Sequence record: MK514281.1
DNA: 64,000 bases
Reading direction: 5' to 3' (one strand)
The notes under the pieces were generated by a model. It was not told the origin of the DNA. It did no database searches and worked only from the letters and a program-made list of their open reading frames with translations. This document shows positions 36,240 through 44,890 of the stretch, one piece after another (the stretch's first letter is position 1; each line of letters begins with the position of its first letter). The position numbers and the translations under genes are program-made.

Positions 36240-37546
36240 ATATTCGCGACTATTTAATCATGGCCTTTCGGGCAGGGGCTTACAAGCAACGCCAGTGGGT
36301 GTTGAGTGTCATGAGTATCACCCAGACCCCGGATGGTAAATCCGTAGCAGACAGTATGATCCCGTATCAGGCACACCGCATCAACATCGGCGCGACCCTC
36401 GATTGGGCTTACTGGGACGACTTCAACAAAACCTTTGTGCCGATTGAGGGAGTGGATGTTAACTTCCCGTTGTTTCGACCCGAGGATCAATACACACTAC
36501 AACCTGGGGATTTTGCCAATGTCACTGAAGAAGTTACTACTACTTTCGGCCGTATTCTGGCTAACCATTATTATTTTATCGATGTGGTCGGTGAACGTGT
36601 CCCATTTCAGAACGTAGAATTCAACCGTGGGATGTTGGAGAAGATCTACAAGGCCCGGGTATTAGAAGATGCCCAGGACTTGCGGCGCTCTGATCCGTTC
36701 TACCTGACCGTCGATGAATTCAAACGCTCCGTGGATAATGGCTTTGCCTTGGGTGGGTTGTCGAAACTCTGTGTACCGACTGCTTGTCCGGAAACCATGT
36801 ATCCGCCGAAGTTCATCATCGAGATGCGTGACCGTCTGTTTGAAGAGCACAAGGATGAGCTCAACAACCCGGTGGTCATGGGGCGTATTCAGGATGAGCT
36901 GTTAAAGCATTATCGTGAGTTCCTGATGTCCACCCCGTCAGCCAAGTTCTTTGTGATCAAGAAGACCATCGACCAGGCCTTCAACAACATGTTCCTGACC
37001 GGCGGTATTGCCGGGGCTTTTGGCGGTAACACGGTTATTACCAACTCGCTGTACGAAGGCTGGAACCTGAAGAACTTCCCGGCGTTAGTGAATGGCTCTA
37101 TCGAAGCTTCCTTTGACCGCGGTGCGGCTACAGCCGACGGTGGTGAGAAAGTGAAGATGTTGATCCGTGCCACGCAGAACATCCGTATCACCGATGATGA
37201 TTGCGGGACCCAGCTCGGGGTCCCGTGGGTGATTGAAGATGCCGGCAAGGCACGCTTCATTAACTCTTACATACTGGATAAAGGTGTGACGATTCTGTTA
37301 ACCCCGGAGAACATTGATAAGTTCGTCGGTAAGCCGGTCATGACCCGATCACCCAGCTTCTGTAAGAAATCCCATGGCGACTCCTGTAAGTTCTGCGTCG
37401 GGGCACATAACGCCACCAACCCACGCGGGATGTCTTCTGGCACCTCGAAGATCGGTTCTACCCTGATGTTGCTCAGTATGAAGGCAATGCACAAGGGGTC
37501 AAAAATAGACTTAATTGAATATAATCTCGATGAAGTCTTCAATTGA
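36236..37546 (+). CDS. rpoC: Virion RNAP beta' subunit, C-terminal half (phiKZ gp80-like)
   Basis: Bridge helix DRGAATADGG...DDDCGT, RSPSFC..SCKFCVG Zn site, trigger-loop-like SMKAMH. Confidence 0.85.
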   Translation: MNIRDYLIMAFRAGAYKQRQWVLSVMSITQTPDGKSVADSMIPYQAHRINIGATLDWAYWDDFNKTFVPIEGVDVNFPLFRPEDQYTLQPGDFANVTEEVTTTFGRILANHYYFIDVVGERVPFQNVEFNRGMLEKIYKARVLEDAQDLRRSDPFYLTVDEFKRSVDNGFALGGLSKLCVPTACPETMYPPKFIIEMRDRLFEEHKDELNNPVVMGRIQDELLKHYREFLMSTPSAKFFVIKKTIDQAFNNMFLTGGIAGAFGGNTVITNSLYEGWNLKNFPALVNGSIEASFDRGAATADGGEKVKMLIRATQNIRITDDDCGTQLGVPWVIEDAGKARFINSYILDKGVTILLTPENIDKFVGKPVMTRSPSFCKKSHGDSCKFCVGAHNATNPRGMSSGTSKIGSTLMLLSMKAMHKGSKIDLIEYNLDEVFN

Positions 37547-37555
37547 GGATATCTG

Positions 37556-37569
37556 AAACCTACATTATA
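37556..37569 (+). promoter_or_regulatory. Putative promoter AARCCTAYATTAT
   Basis: AAACCTACATTATA at the start of the accessory island. Confidence 0.5.
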
Positions 37570-37600
37570 AGAGGGAGATATCTTTTATAAGGAACGTATC

Positions 37601-38317
37601 ATGTATGGTTTATTAATCCTCGCCTTGCCTCTGTCACCGTACGTCCACATGAGTGCGATGACTGAGGAACAATTCCAGAAACGCCTCCCGCAATTCATCA
37701 AAGACCTGGAAGCCGACATCTTCCCCAACGTCTGTTTCCAGGGTGCCTTTAACGTCAGCAACACCCGCACGGTCACTCAGCTGTTCATTCCGTGTAACGG
37801 CTTGGTGTCAGCACGGGAACTGGCGTATGAACAGATCCGTAATATTCTTGCTAACCCAGAGAAAGAAGTCCAGCACGTCACCAACATCGGTGATTGGTTA
37901 GGTCGTCCGGGTAAGGTGATGTTTGATAATGCGGATGGGTCTGTGGATGAGGTCGTTGTGACCGACATGTACAAATATCTGGTACACGAGAGAAGAGAGC
38001 GTTCTGTCTTTCGGTTCAGTCCGGTTGATCTCAGTATCACCGATACCGAACCATTACCAACTCACCTCTACCCGCGTGATCATTTCTACGACCAGGTCTA
38101 CATCGACAAAGACGGTGAGCGTGCTTTCCTGTCTTACGGGTCGTGCGGTGAGGAAGGCTGTGCCATAGAGCCGGGCGAAGAGAAGCCCGTGCAAGTGTAC
38201 GGCGTTACCTACTCGTCACTGGATGAAGCGGCCCGATGCTATAACCTGCCTGAGCAGTACGTGAAAGAACGCGTTGAATCTGACAGCCTTGAATGGCTGG
38301 AGTGGTCATATTTGTAA
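37601..38317 (+). CDS. Hypothetical protein with C-terminal NUMOD1-like HTH; paralog of 41863..42645
   Basis: TNIGDWL, VTDMYKYL; PVQVYGVTYSSLDEAARCY...W. Confidence 0.65.
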   Translation: MYGLLILALPLSPYVHMSAMTEEQFQKRLPQFIKDLEADIFPNVCFQGAFNVSNTRTVTQLFIPCNGLVSARELAYEQIRNILANPEKEVQHVTNIGDWLGRPGKVMFDNADGSVDEVVVTDMYKYLVHERRERSVFRFSPVDLSITDTEPLPTHLYPRDHFYDQVYIDKDGERAFLSYGSCGEEGCAIEPGEEKPVQVYGVTYSSLDEAARCYNLPEQYVKERVESDSLEWLEWSYL

Positions 38318-38445
38318 AAGTATTTGGGAATGAGACGCAGAGCTGATTCCCATCTACGGTAAGTTGTTCAAGGAAGCAGCAAACCGGTTATAAAAAATGA
38401 AAGGGTTTTCGTAAGATAGTCAGTGCTCCGTACCCGAGACAATAC

Positions 38446-38643
38446 ATGACCACAAACCCGCAGTTTATTTTCGTGGCTCAGAATTCTGATGCTACACACA
38501 GCGTAGAGAAACTGGAAGTAGGACGCGATACCGATACCCAGAAGAACCTCACGGAACTTCGTAAAGGTTTGCCGTTCGACTTCTCGTTTATCATGTCTGA
38601 AGAGGCGATCTATCAACTTCGACAGGCAGGGCACATCAACTAA
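38446..38643 (+). CDS. Small hypothetical protein
   Basis: 65-aa ORF in the same orientation as its neighbours. Confidence 0.5.
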   Translation: MTTNPQFIFVAQNSDATHSVEKLEVGRDTDTQKNLTELRKGLPFDFSFIMSEEAIYQLRQAGHIN

Positions 38644-38658
38644 ACTGCTGAGGTAGTC

Positions 38659-39111
38659 ATGACGAACAAATCGGAGATCTCACACGGTGGTGGTGATCAG
38701 CCTATGGAAAAAGAGCAAAGCAACTTATCCGTACTGGTGAACTACTCCACAGGTGTGATGGAAGGTGACCGTTTTAATTACTCGGTTGCATTGGCGCTGT
38801 TGAAAGACGGCATCAAAGTGAAACGCGAAGACTGGAAGAACGCTTTCCTGGTATTCGTCCCGGGTAGTCAGAATGTTGAACTGCCAAAAGGGTCGCCGTA
38901 TGAAGTCGCACTCCACGGTAAGAAGTCCGTTGCCAATATTCGTCCGCACATCGATCTGTACACGGAGTACGGTGAATTCGAAGTCGGTTGGACCGCCAAC
39001 CAGGAAGACACCAACGCCGATGACTGGATGATTGTCTTAGACAAGAACACCAATCAAGACGACAGTGCCGACGAAGAGAAAGAGTCTTCACAAGACGACT
39101 CGAAGTCATAA
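38659..39111 (+). CDS. tad2: DUF2829/Tad2-like nucleotide-signal sponge (anti-defence)
   Basis: ALALLKDGIKVKREDW.NAFL..V.GS...PHIDLYT..G....GWTANQEDTNADDW matches the DUF2829 pattern. Confidence 0.75.
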   Translation: MTNKSEISHGGGDQPMEKEQSNLSVLVNYSTGVMEGDRFNYSVALALLKDGIKVKREDWKNAFLVFVPGSQNVELPKGSPYEVALHGKKSVANIRPHIDLYTEYGEFEVGWTANQEDTNADDWMIVLDKNTNQDDSADEEKESSQDDSKS

Positions 39112-39116
39112 ACTCC

Positions 39117-39145
39117 AGGAGAGCTTCGGCTCTCCTTTTATGCCC
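39117..39145 (+). terminator. Hairpin + TTTATGCCC
   Basis: AGGAGAGC-TTCG-GCTCTCCT-TTTATGCCC. Confidence 0.7.
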
Positions 39146-39160
39146 ATTAAGGAACATGTC

Positions 39161-39520
39161 ATGAGTGAAAAGAAAGCGTTCGAAGTGGTATTGGATAGCC
39201 GTCATGAACCGTACGAGGCTTACCAGTTATTAGTGGCGCGTATCAATACGTTATTACGCACCGGTCAAGGCTACCATGAAGTGAAACTCACGAAGTGGCA
39301 GCTTTACGATAACGGTCTTCTTATCAAAGGAGATGATGATGTGCATATCTCCTTGTTGCGTCATTTCTATTACGACGAACAACGCAATACGTTTGGTGGT
39401 GGCTTCATGGCCTTTGAGATCCTGGAAGATTTGGGTCGGTACTACAAAGTGCCCGATATCACAGAAGGGATGGGCGAGAACGTTGGCCTCGTCTTCACGG
39501 TCACGGTAACCACACCATAA
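39161..39520 (+). CDS. Tandem paralog A (x-T-[AK]-W...GD family)
   Basis: VKLTKW...KGDDDVHIS; AAGGA SD. Confidence 0.7.
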   Translation: MSEKKAFEVVLDSRHEPYEAYQLLVARINTLLRTGQGYHEVKLTKWQLYDNGLLIKGDDDVHISLLRHFYYDEQRNTFGGGFMAFEILEDLGRYYKVPDITEGMGENVGLVFTVTVTTP

Positions 39521-39526
39521 GAGGTT

Positions 39527-39895
39527 GTGATGAAACCACTCTTCGCCATGAAGTTTGATACCCGGGATGCGGGATTAGGGGATCAACTCGATCTCTTGCA
39601 ATCACGGGTGAAGGCTTACTCTAAACACGGCACCATGATCAAAGATGTGGCGGTGACTGCCTGGGTGGTCTGTTCGGATAACATGCCAGTTGCCGGTGAT
39701 GACCCTGCTCATGTCAGCATTATCCACCGTTACCGTTACGACATCGAACAGCAGTGTGTGGTCGGTGGGGTCAGTGCCATGGATGCTCTGCGTGAGATCT
39801 GGTCGGCGTATGGTCCTGACTCTACCCTCCCACCGTTCAGCCGGATACCCGGTGCTGTCGATATGCAATTTACCTTAACTGTGTTCACTATTTAA
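39527..39895 (+). CDS. Tandem paralog B
   Basis: VAVTAW...AGDDPAHVS; collinear with paralog A. Confidence 0.7.
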   Translation: MMKPLFAMKFDTRDAGLGDQLDLLQSRVKAYSKHGTMIKDVAVTAWVVCSDNMPVAGDDPAHVSIIHRYRYDIEQQCVVGGVSAMDALREIWSAYGPDSTLPPFSRIPGAVDMQFTLTVFTI

Positions 39896-39908
39896 AGGAG
39901 ATACCCTC

Positions 39909-40298
39909 ATGGGAGTTTCTGCTGCTGCTCGTCGTTCTAAAGAAGGGGTGTTTACCCGTAGCATTGAAGTGCGTCCAGACCACTGGAAACGGGATATCAC
40001 TGATTTAGGACTGGATGTCCATAACCTGGTGTTGTGTAAACAGGAGATCGTGTCAGTGACCGTCACGGCTTGGAGGGCGTATGACGAGTGCGGTGTACTG
40101 CGTGGTAGTGCCAAAGAGTTGAAGTTAGACATTACGGAATGGTTCCTCGGTGACAAAGGCCCGGTCATTAATGATGCGATCAAACCTCTCACGTTTGCCT
40201 TCATCATTAATCAACAACGCAGCCAACGCACGCCCTGGGTAAAAGATGTCCGCTTAGGGCTTAACCTGTCCATTGTCTACAAGAGGATTCAGCAATAA
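39909..40298 (+). CDS. Tandem paralog C
   Basis: VTVTAWRAYDECGVLRG; AAGGAG SD. Confidence 0.65.
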   Translation: MGVSAAARRSKEGVFTRSIEVRPDHWKRDITDLGLDVHNLVLCKQEIVSVTVTAWRAYDECGVLRGSAKELKLDITEWFLGDKGPVINDAIKPLTFAFIINQQRSQRTPWVKDVRLGLNLSIVYKRIQQ

Positions 40299-40642
40299 TG
40301 GAAATTGTCCACCAACTCGATCTTAGCCACGGCTGGGAACCCTTCAACCGCCTGAAAGCCGCCTTTGCCAAGAAACCCCCGGAGGCGATCCACATCACTG
40401 CCTGGGTTGCTCATGGTTATAAAGGAAACCTCATCGGTGATGAGCAAGTGGTGAAAGGGTCGTGCCAGGAGTGTCGGATTGATGTGACCCACATCTTCTT
40501 CCCCAGTCGGCCTGAGATCTTGATTGGTTTGTCGAGCTTCATTAACACCATTAATCGTGACGGGCCGGTGAAGATCCCGGCCTGGACCGGATCGATTACT
40601 CTTTGTCTTGAATTAGCGATAAGTTATACGGATAGAATTTAA
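40298..40642 (+). CDS. Tandem paralog D
   Basis: IHITAWVAHGYKGNLIGD; TAATG coupling. Confidence 0.65.
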   Translation: MEIVHQLDLSHGWEPFNRLKAAFAKKPPEAIHITAWVAHGYKGNLIGDEQVVKGSCQECRIDVTHIFFPSRPEILIGLSSFINTINRDGPVKIPAWTGSITLCLELAISYTDRI

Positions 40643-40749
40643 TCGGCATATATTCTGTCTCGTTAGCGTAAGCTCGCTAAAAACCCTTTTAAAGTTTTGT
40701 ATAACAAACTATCAACTTTGTAGAAAGAAACAAATAGGAAATTAATCTC

Positions 40750-41460
40750 ATGTTGCATGAAAACTTTGAAGCCTTAGTGGCGAACATCGCCAACCAAATC
40801 AATCAGCTGGAACCCGAGGATCTGCCGTCACTGATCCTGACCAAGAGCGGGGTCTACATCAACGACAAGCGCCACGATCGCACTCGTCTACTGCTGAACC
40901 TGTTTACCCCCCAGCCCGGGCACACGCACGACGTGACCTTCGATCAAGAGCTGCAGGATGCCTTCGCTCACAACAACCTGGAGTTTATCAAAGTCGGTGA
41001 AGGGATCGCCTACGGACTACTGCGTACCAGTATCGTTAACAACGAACCCGCGGTGTTCTGGATTCACGCCGATGTCTCCGATGATGCATCATTACTGAAG
41101 CAAGCCTGGGATATCATCACCGACCTGAAGAAGAATGCGGGTTACCCCCAGGCGTTTAACATTGACGTGCTCGACGTAAGCTGGCATGCGTTAAGCTGGG
41201 CACAACTGCTGGGGACTTTGCTTGACCGCACTGACCCGACACGCCGGTTTCGTTTGGCAACTAACGCTGACTACGATTTTGTGTTATCCCAGAAAGCCAT
41301 CACGTACTACCAGGAGACGTTGAGTAAACGTCCGATGGCACCGGTTGCTTACCTCGATGACACTAACTTGTTTAACGGTGGCGACTTTAACGACAGTGAT
41401 CGCAACTGGGCAATCGCCCCGAACGACAGCACCCGCCCTATCGTGAAGGTGTATGTTTAA
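40750..41460 (+). CDS. Hypothetical protein
   Basis: AGGA SD; AT-rich upstream region. Confidence 0.7.
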   Translation: MLHENFEALVANIANQINQLEPEDLPSLILTKSGVYINDKRHDRTRLLLNLFTPQPGHTHDVTFDQELQDAFAHNNLEFIKVGEGIAYGLLRTSIVNNEPAVFWIHADVSDDASLLKQAWDIITDLKKNAGYPQAFNIDVLDVSWHALSWAQLLGTLLDRTDPTRRFRLATNADYDFVLSQKAITYYQETLSKRPMAPVAYLDDTNLFNGGDFNDSDRNWAIAPNDSTRPIVKVYV

Positions 41461-41518
41461 ATAAACACAAGCTCCAGATGGTATACTTGGAAACATTTAT
41501 TGATCTGGAGCCCCAGCC

Positions 41519-41818
41519 ATGCAAAACAATGACGATGTGGTGCCGATGCACTATAACCACAACGTGGACATGAATAACCCGCTCGACGTGGATGAAGAGG
41601 CGTTAAAGGTTCGCTTCGCTGCGCGCCTGTGCAGCTTCCTTGATCTTGCCGAGCAACTGAATAAGGATGACTTAACCCAAAACGATATCAGTCAGTTCAC
41701 CGTCGGTATCGTAAACTTAGTGTGTGACTCAATGGGCAGTAGTCCCAAACGAGACCTTTACAGGAGACAGATGGTTGACAAACTTGAACCTGTTCTGTCG
41801 AGGCATCTGATTAAATAG
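41519..41818 (+). CDS. Small hypothetical protein
   Basis: GGAG SD. Confidence 0.6.
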   Translation: MQNNDDVVPMHYNHNVDMNNPLDVDEEALKVRFAARLCSFLDLAEQLNKDDLTQNDISQFTVGIVNLVCDSMGSSPKRDLYRRQMVDKLEPVLSRHLIK

Positions 41819-41862
41819 TCGGAGGCGTGACGGAACGCGACTACATTGCAGTATAAAAGGAT

Positions 41863-42645
41863 ATGGCTATGACGTTCGAAAAAGAAGGGGACACGTTGCA
41901 CATTGTGCGACTGAGAACCAAAGGCTGGTACCACATGACGGTAACCAGCGATCCTGATGCGAGTATGGATATCGTTAACACGAACTTACGTCAGGGCACT
42001 TTTACTGATCCACTTTTACAACACCAGTACGACATCTGTAAAAAAGAGATGGGACAAGATCCCAATCCAAATGACATCGTTTTCCACCAGTTCGTGACCA
42101 CGCCAGACCAGACCGGGTATCAGTCTGGCCACTGGATGATTCGTGATCACATTCGCCACGGCTATTCACTGAAGTGCCTGACTAACATCGGTGACTGGCT
42201 TTCGACCGCAGCCTATCTTTATATCCCAGACCCTGATGATAAAGAGGGCGGTGAGAGAAAATACAAAGTAACTGACTTAGGTAAGTATCTCGACAAGGAA
42301 GAGTTGTTGGGTCACTCCGACCACCTGCCGATGTATTTCTTGCCTGATGAGGAACCGGGTGACAGCTATGATGAGTTGATTGAAACCCATCGTCTCCCGC
42401 AACCTGACAAAGGTTACTCTTGTGTGGCCATCAAGAACGGTATGTCGTTTAGTTTGCTGACGTACAACAACTCCAAGCGGGTGCTTTCAGAAGAGGAAGA
42501 ACTGCAAACCACAACCGTCCCAGTCAGGGCAGATGGTTTGCTGTACAGCTCCGTCTTAGAGTTGGCTATGGCTAAGAACGCCCCAGTCTGGTTTGTCTTG
42601 GAGATGCTAACCTCCGAAACCGACCCAAACTGGCATTTCGTCTAA
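41863..42645 (+). CDS. Hypothetical protein with C-terminal NUMOD1-like HTH; paralog of 37601..38317
   Basis: TNIGDWL, VTDLGKYL; PVRADGLLYSSVLELA...WHFV. Confidence 0.65.
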   Translation: MAMTFEKEGDTLHIVRLRTKGWYHMTVTSDPDASMDIVNTNLRQGTFTDPLLQHQYDICKKEMGQDPNPNDIVFHQFVTTPDQTGYQSGHWMIRDHIRHGYSLKCLTNIGDWLSTAAYLYIPDPDDKEGGERKYKVTDLGKYLDKEELLGHSDHLPMYFLPDEEPGDSYDELIETHRLPQPDKGYSCVAIKNGMSFSLLTYNNSKRVLSEEEELQTTTVPVRADGLLYSSVLELAMAKNAPVWFVLEMLTSETDPNWHFV

Positions 42646-42663
42646 CCGAGATTGGCTGTGGGG

Positions 42664-42672
42664 AATCCTATG
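42664..42672 (+). promoter_or_regulatory. Putative late promoter (TATG-type)
   Basis: AATCCTATG, identical to 48362; phiKZ late promoters have a TATG core. Confidence 0.45.
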
Positions 42673-42733
42673 CAATTGCAAAGTGTAGAGAGAACCACGG
42701 CCAATCGTAAGCTGTATCATAAGGAGAGAGATT

Positions 42734-44314
42734 GTGAGTGAAGCTAACCAGAACATCGTAGAAAGCTACGACGACCTGCCGAAGAACGCGCAGAAAGGTG
42801 ATCGCTATACAGTGCGTGAAGACGCGATCGTTTATGAACTCCAGGAAGATGGTTCTTGGAAAGACGTAGACATCAACGAACAGGTTGATCAGGAAAACGA
42901 AGAGCAGGCGCAGACCGAAGATGGTCAGCAGTCTGACACTGGCGCAACTGATCAGCCAGCCTCTGATGAAGAGAGCGATGCTGATTCGTCTGAAACGGCA
43001 GCTACCGATGAAGAAGACCAGGTAGATGACAACGGCGATGACAAGCAGACTCCGGCTGAAGAGAAGCAGGAGGAAGCAGCGCAGGCGGTTGATGAAACCC
43101 AACCACGTGATGACCCTTACGTACGAGGAGCGAACAGCGATGCCAATCCGGCACAACCTGAAGATGCGAATCAAACGCAAGATCAGACTGACGAAGCAGG
43201 ACAAACTCCTGATTCTTCTGACGATACCAACACGCAGCAGGAAAGCACTGATGGCGTTGCGACGCAGGATGCGAAAGAGCAGGCTAACATCCCGGAAGGG
43301 GTAGATCCTGAAGAAGCGCAACCTGACAACCAACCGCTGGCAGTAGCGCCAGTTGAGCAACCCCCTGTCCAGCACGAAGCGGTCGCGGTTGATCCTAACG
43401 CCGACCAGCCATCACCTGAAGCGCGTCCAGACAGCAAGATCGAAGAAGCGGCTGAACTGAACGCACAGAAAGAAGATGCGGTTCGTGATGAGATCGCTGA
43501 AGCCGGTGCTGATGCACAAGCTGCGACCTCTGCTGAGCAGACTGACGCTGGCAAAGCCAAAGAAGACGCACAGGCTGAAGGCCAGTTGCCGAACGATGGT
43601 GCTGCTGATGATGTCGCCGCTGGTAAACCACGTAATGACCAGACCTACACCGAAGATCAGAAAGCAGCGAACACGCCAGCTCCTGAAATCGTGCAGGCTC
43701 AGGAAAACCATACGTCAGAGCCCGATCCGGTAGTCAGCCAGGAAGAGACCCATGTGCAGAACGCCACGGACCCTGACCAGCCGACTATTATCCCGCAGGA
43801 AGCGAAGTCTGAATCACTGGCGCATCAAGCGGCTGATCCAACGCAGGAAACTGTGTTTGTTAAGCAGGATGAAAACCTGGACCCGGAAGTGCGCGTGCTG
43901 CAACAGCGCATTGAAGAGTACATCGGCAACATGGGTGTGAACGGTAAGCACGATCGCCGTGACGGTCCGAAGTATCAGGCTCGCCTGTACAAAGACTTGC
44001 ACTCCATCATGGCGCTGGAGCCAGTGAAGTTCAAGCAAGTGATGGACTACCTGCTGAACCGTGTGTATGAAGAACGTGCCGGTGCTTTCTCTGACACCTA
44101 TACGCGCCGTTACTTCGATCAGCTGTCACCGATGCACATGCAGACCGATCGCGTGCGTGAGTTTGACAACATCCTCTCGCTGGTAACTACTGTGGGTCAT
44201 TCCAAAAACCGCAGTCGTGCCCTGCAGCAGGTTGATCTGCAACGCGCCCTGAAGAATATTCAGGATGCCGGTAAGCAGCAGCGTATGGCAGCGTACTTTG
44301 ATGCTCTGCGTTAA
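42734..44314 (+). CDS. Probable virion protein: small N-terminal domain, long acidic disordered linker, helical C-terminal domain
   Basis: AAGGAG SD before GTG; D/E/Q/A/P-rich middle region. Confidence 0.7.
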   Translation: MSEANQNIVESYDDLPKNAQKGDRYTVREDAIVYELQEDGSWKDVDINEQVDQENEEQAQTEDGQQSDTGATDQPASDEESDADSSETAATDEEDQVDDNGDDKQTPAEEKQEEAAQAVDETQPRDDPYVRGANSDANPAQPEDANQTQDQTDEAGQTPDSSDDTNTQQESTDGVATQDAKEQANIPEGVDPEEAQPDNQPLAVAPVEQPPVQHEAVAVDPNADQPSPEARPDSKIEEAAELNAQKEDAVRDEIAEAGADAQAATSAEQTDAGKAKEDAQAEGQLPNDGAADDVAAGKPRNDQTYTEDQKAANTPAPEIVQAQENHTSEPDPVVSQEETHVQNATDPDQPTIIPQEAKSESLAHQAADPTQETVFVKQDENLDPEVRVLQQRIEEYIGNMGVNGKHDRRDGPKYQARLYKDLHSIMALEPVKFKQVMDYLLNRVYEERAGAFSDTYTRRYFDQLSPMHMQTDRVREFDNILSLVTTVGHSKNRSRALQQVDLQRALKNIQDAGKQQRMAAYFDALR

Positions 44315-44327
44315 TTGATCATTTGAT

Positions 44328-44379
44328 CAGCATAAGGAGAGGCCTCGCGCCTCTCCTGTTTATGCCGTCTTTTTTTTTT
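44328..44379. terminator. Bidirectional terminator
   Basis: CAGCATAA-GGAGAGGC-CTCGC-GCCTCTCC-TGT-TTATGCCG then T10. Confidence 0.85.
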
Positions 44380-44878
44380 ACACTAAAATGCCGTTAAAAG
44401 CCACCGGGTCATTAGCCAGGAATGGGTTGTACCGAACCACGGACTCTAACGTGTAATCGTAATAGATGAAATCCAAGCATTGCTCGCCCTGGTAGGTAGT
44501 CCATGACCTTGACAAGAAGCCATTACGATCTAACGAAATATACGCCGGACGGCTTGCTAACGGCGTGAGTTTCATTAATACCTGAGGGTGGTTGTTGAGG
44601 TTATCGGTAAAGACTGCAAGATTCGGGTGCGCGTGTCGCGCGACAGTACTTAATCTGGAGTCATAGGTGAACCACTCTTTATACGGCGTGCCGTACATGA
44701 TCGTGGTACGTGTTACTGCGAAGCTGACATACTTGTCTGGATATAACCGCACCTGGTCGTCACCCAGTGCATTGGTGTACTTTGTAGGGTTCGCTGTAAG
44801 CCATGCCTGGAATTGCGCATAGGTCATCTTGGTACCTATCTGCGGCTGCGGCTTACCACCCATTAACATCTCTAACAT
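44378..44878 (-). CDS. Putative tail-fibre-associated protein, paralog 1
   Basis: MLEMLMGG leader; collinear with the adjacent ORF. Confidence 0.65.
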   Translation of the reverse strand: MLEMLMGGKPQPQIGTKMTYAQFQAWLTANPTKYTNALGDDQVRLYPDKYVSFAVTRTTIMYGTPYKEWFTYDSRLSTVARHAHPNLAVFTDNLNNHPQVLMKLTPLASRPAYISLDRNGFLSRSWTTYQGEQCLDFIYYDYTLESVVRYNPFLANDPVAFNGILV

Positions 44879-44890
44879 GGTAACTCCTGA

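Noticed and set aside
40660-40745. Host sigma70 promoter in the AT-rich gap (TATAAC)
   Set aside because: No credible -35 element at the correct spacing.
42668-43375. 235-aa hydrophobic minus-strand ORF that looks like a membrane protein
   Set aside because: Antisense shadow of the acidic GAA/GAT-rich plus-strand gene.
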